Shown here: positions 26,642 through 38,788 of the stretch, piece by piece
Layout: every line of letters starts with the position of its first letter
Numbering within the stretch: position 1 is the first letter of the stretch
Assembly (NCBI GenBank): GCA_012862495.1
Contig: BLSG01000080.1
Coordinates: forward strand, 293,068-357,067
Reading direction: 5' to 3'
Source: Thraustochytrium aureum
Taxonomy: Eukaryota
DNA length: 64,000 nucleotides
Notes under the pieces: generated by a model
The model's input: the letters and a program-made list of their open reading frames with translations, nothing else
The model's database searches: none
Told to the model about the DNA's origin: nothing
Translations under genes and position numbers: made by a program

Positions 26642-26906
26642 GAGGGGCGTTGCGGCCCCTGGTTGGCGTGCGAGCTCTGCTAGTGCAACGCGGGCGACGT
26701 GAGCTCTGAAGGAAGGCTTTGAATCGAAGGCCATTTCAGGCTCTGCGTTATTATTCATGTTACTGTAGGTAAACCCAAGGTAGAACTCGACCAACCGCGA
26801 TGTCTCCGTCGGGACGAAGCGCCGCCGTCGACAGGGGCCCTCAGAAACGCCAATGGGTGGATAGATGATATTCTCTGGACCCAACCGAAGCCATACAGCA
26901 TGATCG

Positions 26907-27028
26907 CTACGGTTCAGCCTTGGCAATCGCAGCGCAAACCTGAGACTCTTGGCCAACAACAATCCCGTCCTCGTCTACGACCACGTAGTCCCCAGCCGGG
27001 TTGAACGTGCAGCCTCCAAAAGTAACGG
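26907..27028 (-). CDS. C-terminal fragment of an RraA/MenG-like (HMG aldolase family) protein; remainder in gap
   Basis: VTFGGCTFNPAGDYVVVDEDGIVV matches the RraA C-terminal V.xGG...PGD.vv.DeDGvv motif. Confidence 0.7.
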
Positions 27029-27503
27029 NNNNNNNNNNNNNNNNNNNNNNNNNNNNNNNNNNNNNNNNNNNNNNNNNNNNNNNNNNNNNNNNNNNNNNNN
27101 NNNNNNNNNNNNNNNNNNNNNNNNNNNNNNNNNNNNNNNNNNNNNNNNNNNNNNNNNNNNNNNNNNNNNNNNNNNNNNNNNNNNNNNNNNNNNNNNNNNN
27201 NNNNNNNNNNNNNNNNNNNNNNNNNNNNNNNNNNNNNNNNNNNNNNNNNNNNNNNNNNNNNNNNNNNNNNNNNNNNNNNNNNNNNNNNNNNNNNNNNNNN
27301 NNNNNNNNNNNNNNNNNNNNNNNNNNNNNNNNNNNNNNNNNNNNNNNNNNNNNNNNNNNNNNNNNNNNNNNNNNNNNNNNNNNNNNNNNNNNNNNNNNNN
27401 NNNNNNNNNNNNNNNNNNNNNNNNNNNNNNNNNNNNNNNNNNNNNNNNNNNNNNNNNNNNNNNNNNNNNNNNNNNNNNNNNNNNNNNNNNNNNNNNNNNN
27501 NNG

Positions 27504-29072
27504 ATGGAGGGCGGGATGGAGGGCGGGATGGAGGGCGTGCTGTGGACGGCGGACGGCGGCGGGTGGCGCAAGGTGTTTGTGGAGTGCGGGCGGAAGGCGG
27601 TGCGGGCGTTTGAGGCAGAGGAGGGGGCGGCGTCGATTCCCACGGAGCTGGCGGGGGTCGATGGGAATGAAGCGGAGCTTGGGGAGGCGGAGGACGTCGT
27701 GGTGAAGTCGCAGGGCGCTGAGGCGCCGTCGAATTTTGGATTCCAGGTCGGGCTGAAGAGCGGGGTTACTGTTGCGTTTTGCGCGATGAGCAAGAAGGAA
27801 CTCATGCAATGGCGCAAGGCGTTCAAGGCGGCATGCGAGGAGTCGCCGCTGGCCTCGGCCCCGGGGCCGGCGGATAACGCGGCCGGGCAGACGCCAGACC
27901 CGCCCAAGCCGGACCCGCCCAAGCCAGACCCGCCGCCCCCGCCCTCGTATCCACCGCCCCCACTCGTCCAAGACGTCAACGCAAGCGCGGACTCTGCAGC
28001 GACCACGGACACGAGCGCCGGTGCCGAGCGGAACGGGAACACGAGCGGTTCTCTGGAGGCTGAAGCAGAGATGCCCAGCAGGGTGCTGGACGACTCGCTG
28101 TTGGCAGCTAGCTCCAATGCCGCCAGCCAGGAGCGCCGGACCTCGGCGCGGCCTGTGATCGACGACGACGACGAAGAAGACGAAGAAGACCAAGGCAGCG
28201 ACGACCAGGAGGAGGTCAGGGGAACTGGCGTTGCGCATTCCAGCGACGAAGGCCCAGCCCCGGCTGATGTGCCGAGAGAACCTAGCAGAAAGGCGCCGGC
28301 GGCTCGGCGGCCTGATCCGGCAGCTGCAGCAGGCGACCGTGGCGCGCGAGGCAGCGACCGGGACAACGGCGTGACCATAACGGTCGAGTTCGAGGATCTC
28401 GAGCTTGACTTTAGTTTCCGAAACCCTGGCGAGCTCGACCGCGTCACGGTCGTGGAGCTGAAAGAAACCCTCTGCTCAAAGCTAAACGCGGAGCTGGAGC
28501 AGCTGACGCGGCCCAACCAGCTCGAGCTCCGGCTCGAGAACGCTGTGCTCCGAGAGTACTGGCCTGGAAGCGAGTATGGCCTCCAGGCCGGAACGGTGCT
28601 GACCGCGCACCTCCGCGAAGACCTCCTTCCGCCGCTGCACAGCGTCGGCGGCCGTAAGGGCAAGACTCTGCTCTCGGTCAACTTGGATATCGGCGGCCAG
28701 CGCGTTCCAGCAACGCTGTGCGAAGGGGAGGACGTCGCCACAGTCGCCCGCGCCCTCGTTCGGTCGGCGGGACTTGACCCTGCGCAATCCTTGCCCGTGA
28801 CGTGCGAGCTGTACAAGTGCCTCGCCGAGCAGCGGCACCGTGACAACCAGAGCTTGCGAAACCAGGTCCTCGAAATGAAGCGCAGGGCCGCAACAGCGAG
28901 CTTGCAGGAGCCTGCGTCGGAGCGCACGCGCCAGGTTTACGAGGAGATGTTGGACAAGGCTGCTGGCCGGCTCCGAGCGCTTGAGGCGGATAAGAAGAAG
29001 CTCTCGGACGAGCTCTTTGAGATGCGGCTGGTGAATGCGGAGCGCCTCTCCTCCAGCGACCCCCTCAAGTAG
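27504..29072 (+). CDS. PH + Pro-rich linker + ubiquitin-like + coiled-coil protein
   Basis: PH-like MEGVLW..WRKVFVEC..FGFQV..FCAMSKKELMQWRKAF. Ubl-like VTVVELKETL..QLELRLENAVL..EYGLQAGTVL. C-terminal heptads. Confidence 0.7.
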   Translation: MEGGMEGGMEGVLWTADGGGWRKVFVECGRKAVRAFEAEEGAASIPTELAGVDGNEAELGEAEDVVVKSQGAEAPSNFGFQVGLKSGVTVAFCAMSKKELMQWRKAFKAACEESPLASAPGPADNAAGQTPDPPKPDPPKPDPPPPPSYPPPPLVQDVNASADSAATTDTSAGAERNGNTSGSLEAEAEMPSRVLDDSLLAASSNAASQERRTSARPVIDDDDEEDEEDQGSDDQEEVRGTGVAHSSDEGPAPADVPREPSRKAPAARRPDPAAAAGDRGARGSDRDNGVTITVEFEDLELDFSFRNPGELDRVTVVELKETLCSKLNAELEQLTRPNQLELRLENAVLREYWPGSEYGLQAGTVLTAHLREDLLPPLHSVGGRKGKTLLSVNLDIGGQRVPATLCEGEDVATVARALVRSAGLDPAQSLPVTCELYKCLAEQRHRDNQSLRNQVLEMKRRAATASLQEPASERTRQVYEEMLDKAAGRLRALEADKKKLSDELFEMRLVNAERLSSSDPLK

Positions 29073-29117
29073 CTTGCACGCGCTCTGGTTTTCAGCGTGG
29101 CGCCCACTTGGCAGCGA

Positions 29118-29196
29118 TGCGCGGCGAGCCGGCAGGGCGACGGTCGGTGGCAGCGTGCGCGGCGAGCCGGCAGGGCGACGGTCGGTGGGAGCGTGC
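29118..29196. repeat. 38-bp tandem repeat, at least 2 copies, running into a gap
   Basis: TGCGCGGCGAGCCGGCAGGGCGACGGTCGGTGG(C/G)AGCG at 29118 and 29156; a third copy starts at 29194. Confidence 0.85.
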
Positions 29197-29517
29197 NNNN
29201 NNNNNNNNNNNNNNNNNNNNNNNNNNNNNNNNNNNNNNNNNNNNNNNNNNNNNNNNNNNNNNNNNNNNNNNNNNNNNNNNNNNNNNNNNNNNNNNNNNNN
29301 NNNNNNNNNNNNNNNNNNNNNNNNNNNNNNNNNNNNNNNNNNNNNNNNNNNNNNNNNNNNNNNNNNNNNNNNNNNNNNNNNNNNNNNNNNNNNNNNNNNN
29401 NNNNNNNNNNNNNNNTTGGACAGAGGAACAGTAAAGCGAGCGAGAGAGAGAGAGATAGGAGAAATTGTTTGCTTGTTCGCCTGAGCTGATCGCGCTCGTG
29501 TCTGGCGCCGCCCTGGC

Positions 29518-31016
29518 TCACGGAATAGCGTTGAGCAGTTCTGGCAAGCCGGGCTCCCTCGAGCCTTGCGTTGCAGGCGATAGCGCAGATCCGCCGCCCC
29601 CCTCGAGGCGGTCTTGGCCGAAGCCGAGCGCCAGGTCTTGCCCGCGGTGACGATCCCCGTTGTTGTCGGCGTTGTTGTCGGGGGAGCCAGGCTCAACCGG
29701 TGCAAAGACCGCGTCGAAGAGCAAGTCAAACACCTCGTCTTTGGCCAGCATTTTTTCGAGGACCTTGCGGCGGTCGATGGCAGACAGGTCTTGCGGGCGA
29801 ATCAAGCGCAAGTCGCGATCAGACGGCGTGTCGTCGGTGGGGGTTCTCCCGGCATGCTTTGCACCGCTGAGCTTGGCGCGGTTCCGCCTGCGAGCCACGT
29901 CGCGCTTGACATCCACGACGCATTTCAGGAAGAACTCTTCGAGTTGGGCCTTTTCGGTCTGGTCCGAGACGATGGAGGCCCGCAGGTCGCGCACGACATC
30001 CCGTTCGCGGCGCAATTGGTCGCGCAGCATCTTTACCTGGTGCTTGAGAGCCGCCGGGCTTTGACCTCCAGGGACCTCGGAGTTCCTCGAGCCCGGCCCG
30101 GCCGTGCCGGCCGGGTCGGCAGAAAACACAAGCCTTCTTTGCCTGCAGGGCGCTGGCGAGCGCCGCCTGCCATGCTCGACTCGTAGGTCGGCGACGCGTA
30201 AAACCCGGCACTCGACCTCGAGCGTTCTTCGTCAGAGCCGGCCGCCCCGCCAACCAGGGGCAACTGCCCCTGGGACATGCTGCCCTTGAACGGGGCTTGG
30301 CGGCCCGACTGCTGCCTCGCTGGGGCGAGGTCGATCGGCGTACAAGCATCTTGTAGTGCTCTTGGTGCGCGGTCGTCGTTGACGAGTCGGTCCTTGCCGC
30401 TCCTTTCGGCACTGCCAGGGCGCACATCCTCGAGTTGCAGCTCGAGCTCGGACCGAAGCAGCTTGTTTTGCTTTTTGGACGACTTGAGCTGTTTCTCGAG
30501 CCAGGAGCGGTCTTCTTCGATTGACTCGATCTTCTCCTCCATGAATTTGATCTCCTTTTTCATGGCAGTCGAGTACGAATCGAGGCGGAGGGCCTCTTTG
30601 CGGAACCAGTCGCGCTCCTGCATGAGCTGGCGGATCTTCTCGTCGCGCTGGAGGGCGAGCTCTGCGTTTTTCACCTTTGTGCGGAGCTCTTGGAGCTCCT
30701 TTTGCACGTTGTACATGTGTGCGCGGTACGCGGAGAGAAACTCCTCTTCTTGCTTCTTCAGGACCTCTGACACTTTGTCCGAGAGCGAGCCCACGACGCC
30801 GCTGAGCTGCCCGTGCAGCTCTTGCACGCGTCCCATCCCGCTCACGCTGGCGATGAGCGCGCTGCGCGAGTCTGAGTGGCTCGGTTCACCGCCAAGCGCG
30901 GGCCCGCTCCTGAGCGAGGTAATGAACGTGTCTTTGTTGAATTCGACATTGCTTGCGCCCGCACGCTGCCCAGCGTCGTGTTGGCCGCCCTCGCCGTCTT
31001 CGGCCCCGGGCTCCAT
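29518..31016 (-). CDS. Coiled-coil protein, BBOF1/CFAP157-like (possible cilia/basal body); frameshift near 30125
   Basis: Long heptad region EEEFLSAYRAHM..ERDWFRKEALRL. C-terminal QLEEFFLKCVVDVKRDV..SAIDRRKVLEKML resembles the BBOF1-type C-terminus. Confidence 0.6.
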
Positions 31017-32494
31017 GGCCCGGCCGGCCCTGGCTCGGCCTTTTCCTCCGCCTCTAGCTTTGCCGGCGCTCTACCTCGCAAGCCTCTCGCGGCCTCCTCG
31101 CGCACGCCTCCGCCTTTCGTCCTTGCCCGCCTCTGACGTGCAGGCTTGGCCAGCCAAGTCTGATATCACGCAGCGGGCGCCAGCAGTCTAGCGACTCTGT
31201 GCCGACGTATCTGGCCTTGTGAGCTCGTGGCGTCCTCGCGTCGTGAGAGCGTNNNNNNNNNNNNNNNNNNNNNNNNNNNNNNNNNNNNNNNNNNNNNNNN
31301 NNNNNNNNNNNNNNNNNNNNNNNNNNNNNNNNNNNNNNNNNNNNNNNNNNNNNNNNNNNNNNNNNNNNNNNNNNNNNNNNNNNNNNNNNNNNNNNNNNNN
31401 NNNNNNNNNNNNNNNNNNNNNNNNNNNNNNNNNNNNNNNNNNNNNNNNNNNNNNTCTACGCGTCGCGCACGCGTCCGGACGCGTGTCGAGTGTCCTTGCA
31501 GTTTCTGCTTGACGGCCTCGTCGTCGTCGTCGTCGTCGTTGGCGCTTGAGCCGCGCGCAAAGTAGAGCCTGCCCCGCTCGTTGTCACTGGCTTCCTCGCC
31601 GCCTCGCGCGCCGATGCAGGCTGTCGCTGACGGCCTCGTCGTTGGCGCTCGCCCGCGCGCATCTCGCCCAAACCCCAGCCAGCATTCTAATTGAGCGCCA
31701 GTTTCTCAACGGATCTAACCTAGTGGGCGAGCAGCTCTTTGATCGGTGGAGCATGCAAGGAACTCTTCCGAGACGGAGTTGATCAATCAAGAGACGAAAG
31801 AGCTGGGCCGTGGCCGCGGTGCCAGGCGGGGGCGCGCGCGGTTGAAAGGCGCGGCTTGGTTGCTGCGCCCTCATTGCTGCGAGTTTTATCTGGCCGACGG
31901 GTCCTTGCCGTGCGATGGCGGCCTGCCGGCGCCGCGCGCGGCTGCGAGGGAGCTGGCTGGGTGAAGGTAAATCGGCGCGAATTCGCTGGGTTTGTGGACT
32001 TGGATAGGCGCCAAGGTGGACGGCGGTGCACCCAGTAAGGTGGGCCAGAAGGCGCATGGAGGCCATCTCGCGATGGTGGCTGGCCGGCGTCGCTTGCGCT
32101 GTCTCGCGGAGGCGCGAGCGTGGCAAGGCTGGCCGATGCGCCGCCTGCCGGGAGCAGCAGCGCGGAGGTTGGATTTTGAACAGACGGGTCGCTGAGGGTC
32201 CGTGGGAAGGTCGCATGGAGGCCTGCACGGCGAGGCTGCCCGTGGTCTGGCAAAGGCTGCCTTGATGCGAACTGGCACGCGCGGCGTAGAGGGCGTTTGC
32301 AGGCCCTCCTTGTTTCCAACTTGCCGTATACTTACCTACTTGCCGTACGAACGATTTCCAAAGACGCCACTTGAACAGGCAGGTTGTCCGGGCAGGCAAG
32401 GCAAAACCCGTTTGTCAAGTGCTTTGCAAGTGCAGCGAACGACAACAGAGGAAAAGCCTCTGGCGCTTTCGCAGGGCCGCTCCAGGCTGCAGAA

Positions 32495-33848
32495 ATGGGA
32501 ATCGAGCTCGTGGAAAACTTACTGACCACCGTCAAGGCCGTAGCATCGATTGTGGTGATCCTGTGCACGGGCGTCGGCCTCGTCAAGACCAATGTGCTCA
32601 ACCAGGAAGGCATCACCGCGCTGAGCAAGCTGGTGAACTATCTGTTTCTCCCCATCGCGCTCTTCTCGCGGCTCGGCAGCACCTTGACCGCAGAGGTGCT
32701 GGCCAAGACCTGGATGCTTCCCTTGATTGGGCTCGTTCCTGTAGCCCTGAGCTTTCTGGTCGGCTGGGCCATCTTGCCGCTCACCGGGGCGCCAAGGTGG
32801 TTTCGGCCCTGGATCGTCTTGGGGGTTGCCTTCCCCAACAATCTGGCGCTCCCGCTCGTGTTCCTGACGTCGATATGCTCGCAGGTCGAGTTCGAGCCTG
32901 CGACGGAGCTAGGCCTAGAATTCGCCAACGCGACAGAGTTTAGCGCCTCGGGCGCGCTCACGCCGACACAGTGCCGCGAATACGGTGAGCTGTACTTGTT
33001 CCTCGGCAACTTGTTCTCCACCTTTGTGTTCTGGCTCTTCGCGTACGATCTCGCCGCGTGGGCAACCGGGGTGCGCGGTCCGATGGGTGGCGAGGCAGAA
33101 GCGAAAACGGGCAATGGCGCCGCTTTGGTCGTAGGGGACGAGGCCTCCGAAGGCCAGGACACTGATGCAGAGAGCCTCGCGAGCGCCGAGGCAGGAACTG
33201 TCGTCGCTCCGCCAGGCCCGCTGGGTATGGGGCAAGAACAAGTCCCGACTAGCGCCTCAGCCCGGGAGCAAAGCGCAGCAACGGCCAAGTGCTACAAGGT
33301 GTTGTGGATGCTGCTGCAGCCGCCGACGTTTGCGCAGCTGCTGGCCATTCTCGTGGGCCTGGTTCCGCCGGTCCAGGCCTTTGTGTTTTGAGGAGTCGTC
33401 AGCGTTCTCGCCCGTGATCAAGGCGCTTGGCGTGTTTTCGCTTGCGCTGGTGCCGGCCCTTAACCTCGTGCTGAGCGGCAGCCTTGGCCTCAAGCTGTGC
33501 AGCATCAAGTCAATCTGGGAGCCCGACCTGGCTAGCGTTGGCCTTAGCGCGCGAACGGTGATCGTCCTGGTCGTGACGCGCATGATGTTGCTGCCCGTGC
33601 TTTCGTTCGGGGCCCTGTACGGCCTGCAGGTCGCGGGGGCGATGCCGTCCAACCGGCTGGTGAGCCTGGTGTTTTACTTTACGGTGCTCACGCCGATTTC
33701 GAACGGGCCGGTTGTACTTGCGCAAACGTCGGGCAACGCCAAGGCGGGGCAGGCGCTCGCGATGGTCATCATGTTCCAGTACCTGGCAGGTGTGGTGACG
33801 ATGTCGGTGTCGGTGTTTTTCGCCTTGGCGATGTTCTCCACGTCCTAG
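32495..33848 (+). CDS. Auxin efflux carrier / PIN-LIKES (Mem_trans) family transporter; +1 T frameshift near 33388
   Basis: LSKLVNYLFLPIALFSRLG, GVAFPNNLALPL, PPTFAQLLAILVGLVP, about 10 TM helices in two halves around a hydrophilic loop. Confidence 0.85.
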
Positions 33849-34113
33849 TTAGCTCGCTCTACTAGCTCTAGCTAGCTCTTTTTGGAGATGGGCCTCTGTC
33901 GGTCGGCTTGGGTGCGCGCTCGGTTGGACCAGTGCCGCGCGGGTTTTTCTGGCGATTGTTTGCTTTTGATGAAAGATAAAGAAGAAGAAGAAGCCAAAAC
34001 GCAAGTAGTACCACTGTCGCGCGCCAGGAAGTCAAGGGGGCGGGCGGGGCGAGAAAGAGGGTCCGTAAGATGCATTACCCGAGGCATTCCACTACAAGGT
34101 CAGAAAAAAGCGC

Positions 34114-34545
34114 TTAGCGGCCCTTGACCACCATGTCGGTCACGGTCTCCTCGTCCAGGTCCGAGATGTCAGTGGCCTGGATCACATAGGCGATGCCTGA
34201 GCCGAGCTCCGACTTGAAGCCCTCGCGGGAGCTACCGTAGAGCATCTTGGCCTTGACCGGGAGCGTGTCCGGGGACCAGGCGACAAAGATGACCTTGTCG
34301 AGCAGGCGGCCGTCCGGGCCTGAGGCATGAAAGTCAAAGATGCCGTAGGCGCCGTCCTTGTCGTCCTTGCTCAGGGCCTCGACGAAGTCCTCCCAGGTCT
34401 GGTCGTGCGAGCCCTCCTGGTCGATCTTGATGCGCTCATCCTTGATCCGGAAGATCAGGAAGCGGCGCTTCTCGCCCTTCTGCGAGTTCTGGAGCTTGAA
34501 CTTGTTGAACTCCTCAACGCAAACGTCCTCGCACGTGATGCCCGA
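34114..34545 (-). CDS. Actin-depolymerizing factor/cofilin (main exon; start-codon exon lies upstream in or beyond the gap)
   Basis: Manual translation: SGITCEDVCVEEFNKFKL..RRFLIFRI..TWEDFVEAL..AYGIFDF..DKVIFVAWSPDTLPVKAKMLYGSSREGFKSEL..IQATDISDLDEETV..KGR*. Preceded by branch site CACTAAC (34575-34569) and acceptor AG (34547-34546). Confidence 0.95.
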   Translation of the reverse strand, partial: SGITCEDVCVEEFNKFKLQNSQKGEKRRFLIFRIKDERIKIDQEGSHDQTWEDFVEALSKDDKDGAYGIFDFHASGPDGRLLDKVIFVAWSPDTLPVKAKMLYGSSREGFKSELGSGIAYVIQATDISDLDEETVTDMVVKGR

Positions 34546-35403
34546 CTGCGCTCGGCAAACAAGCTCTCGTTAGTGGACCTGCAGCNNNNNNNNNNNNNNN
34601 NNNNNNNNNNNNNNNNNNNNNNNNNNNNNNNNNNNNNNNNNNNNNNNNNNNNNNNNNNNNNNNNNNNNNNNNNNNNNNNNNNNNNNNNNNNNNNNNNNNN
34701 NNNNNNNNNNNNNNNNNNNNNNNNNNNNNNNNNNNNNNNNNNNNNNNNNNNNNNNNNNNNNNNNNNNNNNNNNNNNNNNNNNNNNNNNNNNNNNNNNNNN
34801 NNNNNNNNNNNNNNNNNNNNNNNNNNNNNNNNNNNNNNNNNNNNNNNNNNNNNNNNNNNNNNNNNNNNNNNNNNNNNNNNNNNNNNNNNNNNNNNNNNNN
34901 NNNNNNNNNNNNNNNNNNNNNNNNNNNNNNNNNNNNNNNNNNNGGCGGCGAGGGACGAGGAGGAAGCGCCGGCTTGCACACACTGTAGAGTACCTCTGTT
35001 GTATCTGTCTCTCTGGCTCTCGCGTTCGTTCGTTTCCTGCGTCTCTGTGGCCACTGCGCTCCGCGGTTTTTTTTTGCGGATTGTTTCTCGTTTTGTTGGG
35101 TGTGGTGGGTTTTCTGGGCGACGGTTGGGAGAGGAAGGAAGGAAAGAAGGAGAGGCGCAGGTGACCGCAACACGGTGCATCTCTGCCCCACTACTCCTCG
35201 GGGAAAGTACGCTTTGCAGAAGAAGTGGAAATTCGTGCTGGGATTTCCCGGTGTTCGTGGAGTAGACTCCGCGCAGAGGATAACACTCTCAAGGCGGCCA
35301 GTTGGCAGGAACGCCTGTGGGGCCTTTGCGATTTGCACACCCCGTCCGTCTGTCAACGTGCCAGTGCACCCTGCGAGTAACAGAACAGCGGTCGGTACTC
35401 TGC

Positions 35404-36587
35404 CTATTCGTTGAGAATCCAGCGAAACGCCTCCTCGACGCCGCTGCCCGTCAAGCCGCTGCAGGCCTGCACGTGCAGGCGGAATCGATGCGCCGCCGAT
35501 CCGTCGACTCCGAAGAGCTGGCGCATCTGCGCGAGCGAAATGCGCGCCTGCCGCTTGCCCCGCATCTCCGGCAGATCCATCTTGTTGAGGAGGAGCAAAA
35601 CGCCGGCGCGCGGCGCTTGACCTCTGGGTGCTCGAGCAGCCGCGCAAACTCGTCCCGTGCCACGCCGAGGCGCTTGAGGTCCGACGAGTCGACCACGAAT
35701 GCGATCGCGTCCATCGAGCCGTAGAAATAAGGCCACATCTCGCGCGCGCGCCCGTTGCCAGACATGTCCCAGACGTGCCAGAACGCGTCAAACTTGACCA
35801 TGGCGTGCATCGCCATTCCACCCGTCGGGTTGACGACCCACTCGGTGGACCCGCCGCGCCTCACTTGGTGCGGCAACACGTTGTCGAGGAGCAGGCTCTT
35901 CCCGCTGCCGTCGAGGCCGACCACCAGGACGCGCCGCCGCTCCTTGTGCATTCGCCGCAGCTTGCGATACGTGGCATGGCCAAAGCCGAGCACGGCGAGG
36001 CCAAGGGCAATGCGCAGCGAAGACACCACGAGCTCGCCCATGAACAGGTCCTGCGACGCTGCGCCCACCGCGCCGTACAGGTAAACAATTTGCAGCGGCG
36101 TGTAGATCAGCTTGTGGCAGGAGCTGAAAATCGTCACTGCCAAGATCGTCTTGCGTCCCAGCCGGAAGCTCGCGAACACCCCGGCCCACGGCACGACCAG
36201 CGCGGCCACACCAAGCGCGATGGCAAGCACAGGGAGCTGCACCTGCTTTGCCTCGTGCTTGGCTGCCAGCGAGACTGTCGTCAGGAACCCCACCACCGAC
36301 AGCACGATGTCCAGGTATTGTGTCGACCGGAAGGCAAACACCAGCCGCTCCGCCGACCGCCAAGCGGTGAGGTCTGCCAGCGCCTCGCAGCGCGACCGGG
36401 TCGCGCTGAGGCACCCCGCCCCGCACGCCTTCCGCTGCGTGCCGCGCTCGCCCTGCTCGCCCTCTTCGCCTTTGGCAGCCCCCCTTTCGAGGCCTGACAG
36501 CGCCTTGGTCTCCTCGTCGTCGCTCGCCGGCTCGCCTGCCTCTCCGCCACCGCGTCCGCTCCTCGCGAACATTTTCAGAGACGGCAT
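35404..36587 (-). CDS. Four-TM membrane domain fused to an ARF-family (ARL6/BBS3-like) small GTPase; frameshift near 35605
   Basis: Four hydrophobic helices, then G1 GLDGSGKS, G2 NPTGG, G3 WDMSGN, AIAFVVDSSD, G4 NKMD, G5 ACSGLTGSGVEEAFRWI. Confidence 0.85.
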
Positions 36588-37611
36588 CCTGGTGCCGCTC
36601 GCGCGGCCGCCGACGCCGCGTGTCTAGAAACAATCCCGCGCCCGCACAGGCCGCCTCAGGGCACCTCTGGGCACCGCGCTGCCTTTGCGCGAGCCGCTCT
36701 CACGTCGCGCGACCTGCCTGGCTCGCCTGGTCAAGTCCGCGCGCGCTGCTGCAACGCCAAGGCCCACAAAGTGTCGGTTACGTTACGAATCCCTTAATCC
36801 CAATGCAGCAAACGAACGAACAAGCGAGCAGCTCGCCGCCGAAAACGCCCGGCGCGCCTGGCGTTTCACGAGGCCGCACGCGCCCGGCTCTGCGGCGGGC
36901 GGCGCGGCCTCGGCGCACAGCGTGGCATGGGTGAGCGCGAGACAGCCCGAGGCCGGACACCTTCGGATGTGCCATGAGTTACTCGTGATCAATCAATCGC
37001 CAGTCAGTCTGTCACGGTCCAACCCGCCAGTGCAGGCGGCTGACTGCCGAGGCGTCGCGGGAGCGCTTGCGTCCACTTCGTTCGCGCAGCGCCTGCAGCT
37101 GGCCGCGGCCGAGCGAGCTGCGACGCGCAACGTCTTCGTGGCACGTACTACTCGACACAAGAGTACTTGCTCGCTCCAGACGACGCCGTGAGCGAGCCGC
37201 GACAGTGCCACTCCAGGAGAGACAGAGCGGGGCGGCGAGGCTCCGGCAAGGGCGCGGGAGGAGAGCGCGCGACGGGGCCACGGCGGAGGGGNNNNNNNNN
37301 NNNNNNNNNNNNNNNNNNNNNNNNNNNNNNNNNNNNNNNNNNNNNNNNNNNNNNNNNNNNNNNNNNNNNNNNNNNNNNNNNNNNNNNNNNNNNNNNNNNN
37401 NNNNNNNNNNNNNNNNNNNNNNNNNNNNNNNNNNNNNNNNNNNNNNNNNNNNNNNNNNNNNNNNNNNNNNNNNNNNNNNNNNNNNNNNNNNNNNNNNNNN
37501 NNNNNNNNNNNNNNNNNNNNNNNNNNNNNNNNNNNNNNNNNNNNNNNNNNNNNNNNNNNNNNNNNNNNNNNNNNNNNNNNNNNNNNNNNNNNNNATAAAT
37601 ACCTGGACAAA

Positions 37612-38719
37612 ATGAACAAAGAGCAGGCAGAGCGCGCGCTGGAGGTGGGCGCCCGCGCGTTCCAGGCGGGCGACATGGAAAAGGCTGTGCGCTTTTTCGA
37701 AAAGAGCATCAGCATGTACCCTTCCGCGAAAGCAGAGGGCCTCCTAGCACGGGCCAAAAGCGCCGCCGCCGCAAAAAATACAAACAGCGCCCCGTCCCCA
37801 TCGCCCAGCCTGCGCAAGCGCACGGCGGCGGCACAAGAGGCGCGAAAAGGCCGAGCCACAGCGCGACCTCCGGCCCCACACCCCTGAGCAAGCCGCGCTT
37901 GTGCGTAAAATAAAATCCTGCAAGGACCTGTACGCGATGCTCGGCATCGCTCGCGGGGCCAGCGACGCGGATATCAAAAAGGCGTACCGAAAAATGGCGA
38001 TCAAGTGCCACCCAGACAAGAACAGTGCACCCGGCGCGGACGAGGCCTTCAAGGATGTGAACAAGGCCTTCAGCATACTGAGCGACCCGCAGAAGCGGGC
38101 AGAGTACGACCAGTTCGGGTCCACCTCGGACGGCCCAGCGCAGCAATTTACGCGGCGGTACCATCAAGACGACTTTGACCCAGCCGAAATCTTCCGCGAG
38201 GTCTTCGGTGCCGGGTTCATGAACGGGGGCAACGTGCGCACGTACCACTTTGGGGGCGGCGCTGGGAACGGCTTCCGCCAGCCTCGCCAGCAGCAGGAGC
38301 GGGACCGACAGGGCAGCTTGCTGCAGCTGCTTCCGCTGTTGCTGCTGTTCCTCATGAGCTTTACGTCCATGCCTTCGCAGACACAGTCCGTGTTTTCGCT
38401 TAGCAAAACCTCGCAATTCCCGATGGAGCGCAAGACAATGACGGCAGGGATCGTTCCAGACATTCCTTACTTTGTGGACGGACAGTTTGGCAGGGCGTAC
38501 GGCCGCGACTACCGCAAGCTTCAGTCACTAGAGTCTCAGGTGCAGGCCATCTATGTTCGCTCCGTCGAGTCAAAGTGCCAGAAGGACCGAGTCCTGCAGC
38601 GCCAGCGCGCAGAACGTGCAAGGCGCGCTGGCGACTCGAAGCGGTACAAAGCGATTCTCGAAGCCGACCTGCCTGCCTGTAACGAGTGGGACCGCGTCAA
38701 CGCTTACATCTCGCCCTGA
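37612..38719 (+). CDS. DNAJB12/14-like ER membrane Hsp40 (J domain + TM + DUF1977-like); +1 A frameshift near 37846
   Basis: [25 protein letters not shown]-terminus. J domain [56 protein letters not shown]. Lumenal PYFV..F..L..LE..V. Confidence 0.9.
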
Positions 38720-38754
38720 TATACCCTTTCTCTATCAACTGCCTGAGGGCTGTG

Positions 38755-38788
<34 letters not shown>

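Noticed and set aside
31454..31760. Possible minus-strand coding fragment (..GSSANDDDDDEAVKQKLQG..) running into a gap
   Set aside because: Short, needs a frameshift, and no family motif.
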